Shown: in pieces, positions 62,372 to 64,000 of the stretch
Numbering within the stretch: the stretch's first letter is position 1
How the letters are laid out: the number at the start of each line of letters is the position of its first letter
NCBI GenBank assembly: GCA_046329925.1
Contig: JAXLTS010000010.1
Location: 51,836 to 115,835 of the forward strand
Source of the DNA: Bacteroidales bacterium
Lineage (GTDB): Bacteria > Bacteroidota > Bacteroidia > Bacteroidales > JAAYUG01
Reading direction: 5' to 3'
DNA: 64,000 nucleotides
Program-made: the position numbers and the translations under genes
The notes under the pieces: model-generated
The model's input: only the letters and a program-made list of their open reading frames with translations
What the model was told of the DNA's origin: nothing
Databases searched by the model: none

Positions 62372-64000
62372 CTATTTTTTTAGTCCCAATTTCTTCTGAA
62401 GTTGCTTTTCTCGCATTCCGGCCAGGACTATCAGGCTGAGAAAACCAATGATCATAATCCAGGCCCAGAGCGGGAAAACGACCGTATCGCCTGCGGCATA
62501 ACTGTGCATCCCTTTTGACAGATAGTAGTTCACTCCCACAAAGGTCATCACCACCGTGCTGAATGCAATAACAGATGCTATGTTAAAAATAAGAGTGCCT
62601 TTCAACCCGGTAACCATTCTGAAATGCATGATCATTCCATAGACAATGACAATAACCAGTGCCCAGGTTTCTTTGGCATCCCAACCCCAGTATCTCCCCC
62701 AGGATTCGTTTGCCCAAATTCCTCCGAGGAATGTTCCTGCCGTAGCCAGAACCAGACCGATTACCAGTAGAATCTCATTCAGATGGGTCAGAAGTTGAAT
62801 TATCTGATCGAAATTCCTGTAGTTGCGAATATTTTTAAAAAGGTAGAGTATAAGATTGATAAGCCCAAGAATAAATCCGGAACCCAGAAATGCATAACTT
62901 ACAGTTATCACCGCAACATGGATTATCAGCCAATATGACTTAAGCACCGGCTGAAGATTTGTAAGCTGCGGATCGTAACTGCTGTGACTTGCCGTCATTA
63001 ACATGAAAAAGGCAAGTAAGGTACTCGCGGCGATCACAATCCTGGAATACCTCATGAACAGGAAACCGGCCAGAAGACTACCCCAGGCCATGAGCAGCAA
63101 TGCTTCATATCCGTTACTCCAGGGAGCATGCCCGCTGAGGTACCATCGCAATCCAAGGCCGAAGGTGTGATAAACAAATGCAAGCAGGGTTAGTCCGATA
63201 AAGAAATTAAGTGCCCAGCTAACCAGCTTGATCCTTTTTGTACTTAACTCATCAACAAAAGCGAATACCAGTAAAAACAAACTCAGGAAGGAAAAAATCC
63301 TTTTCAGCAGGATGAATATATTCGCCTCATTATAGTATACCTCCCACTTAATATGTTTCTCAGTAGGAATAATGGATGCGGCAGAGCTCTGCTGCTGGAT
63401 GCTTGAAATGTAGGCCAGAATCTTATCTGCTTCCCTGTAATCACCGGTGTTCCCTGCCTGGACAAGGCTTCCGAGGTAGGCTCTGAACATCTGATTGTAA
63501 CTCAGAACCGGCAGATGCAGGTCTTCATTAATAACATTTATCGCTCCCTGCAAGGGCCTGAAGGCTGAGGTATCGGTCCAGTTCACCCAGGTATTGTTAC
63601 TGGATGCCTGCTTTGGAAAGAGTTTTAAAAAATCTCCGTTGAGCGCCATCATAAATACATTTACACGCTCATCCACACGTATTATTTCTTTATCAAATAC
63701 ATTTTGCTCCGACTGTCTTTTCCTGAAAGCGGTTTCGGCATATCCTGCCAGTTTATAACTTCCTTCAGCGTTGAAAAAATCGGCGAAGGAGGCATACTTT
63801 CCTGAAATACCCAATACATCACGAACCGACTTCTCCCGCACATATATTATCCTTTCGTTTTTCCAGAATCTGGGATCGATGAGCATATCGAGGCTGGCTT
63901 GAAGTACGGTCAACTCACCCTTACCTTTTGCGTCAATCTTATCCTTCCGCGATATCTTGTGCATCACATCAAACGCCAGGGTATTCACCGGCTGAAACCG
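62372..64000 (-). CDS. ccsA: cytochrome c biogenesis protein CcsA/CcsBA (System II), N-terminus beyond window
   Basis: The frame is open to nt 64000 and the listed start at 63988 is GTG. It has multiple TM helices and the Trp-rich haem-handling motif WGRYWGWDAKETW. Confidence 0.85.
   Translation of the reverse strand, partial: RFQPVNTLAFDVMHKISRKDKIDAKGKGELTVLQASLDMLIDPRFWKNERIIYVREKSVRDVLGISGKYASFADFFNAEGSYKLAGYAETAFRKRQSEQNVFDKEIIRVDERVNVFMMALNGDFLKLFPKQASSNNTWVNWTDTSAFRPLQGAINVINEDLHLPVLSYNQMFRAYLGSLVQAGNTGDYREADKILAYISSIQQQSSAASIIPTEKHIKWEVYYNEANIFILLKRIFSFLSLFLLVFAFVDELSTKRIKLVSWALNFFIGLTLLAFVYHTFGLGLRWYLSGHAPWSNGYEALLLMAWGSLLAGFLFMRYSRIVIAASTLLAFFMLMTASHSSYDPQLTNLQPVLKSYWLIIHVAVITVSYAFLGSGFILGLINLILYLFKNIRNYRNFDQIIQLLTHLNEILLVIGLVLATAGTFLGGIWANESWGRYWGWDAKETWALVIVIVYGMIMHFRMVTGLKGTLIFNIASVIAFSTVVMTFVGVNYYLSKGMHSYAAGDTVVFPLWAWIMIIGFLSLIVLAGMREKQLQKKLGLKK

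Overview
This is a Bacteroidota-type chromosomal segment. The phylum call is an inference from T9SS C-terminal sorting domains, TTTG/TAnnTTTG promoter boxes and many lipoproteins. I support about 45 CDS and two tRNA-Val genes (anticodons TAC and CAC). I found no rRNA, CRISPR array, transposase or integrase. The window encodes secreted glycan-active enzymes: GH5, GH10, a Glyco_hydro_cc core with CBM6, a GH55-like beta-helix protein and a polysaccharide deacetylase. Five proteins in the window carry T9SS CTDs. Other genes are an SDR, cyclophilin, Hsp20, CrtZ plus a fused lycopene cyclase, two ThuA proteins, a TAT-exported Gfo/Idh/MocA oxidoreductase, an Sb-PDE phosphodiesterase, a TonB-dependent receptor, a propeller/Y_Y_Y histidine kinase and a partial CcsBA. 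The most notable observations are: (1) a tightly packed five-gene operon in which every product is exported, ending in a lipoprotein TPR-CHAT (caspase-fold) protease and preceded by a PKD lipoprotein, a beta-propeller lipoprotein and two beta-barrel OMPs (51154-57704); (2) a 1495-aa membrane-anchored protein with 12 Ig-like domains, a triplicated 3-domain supermodule and a C-terminal caspase domain (16338-20825); (3) an AbiEii-type toxin with a non-AbiEi partner and a 46-bp palindrome at its start (31362-32588); (4) three tandem G/C-hairpin mosaic repeats (39231-39896) downstream of a repeat-rich fibre-like protein gene; (5) several other REP/MITE-like inverted repeats. All family calls come from motif recognition by eye. 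No database search was run.
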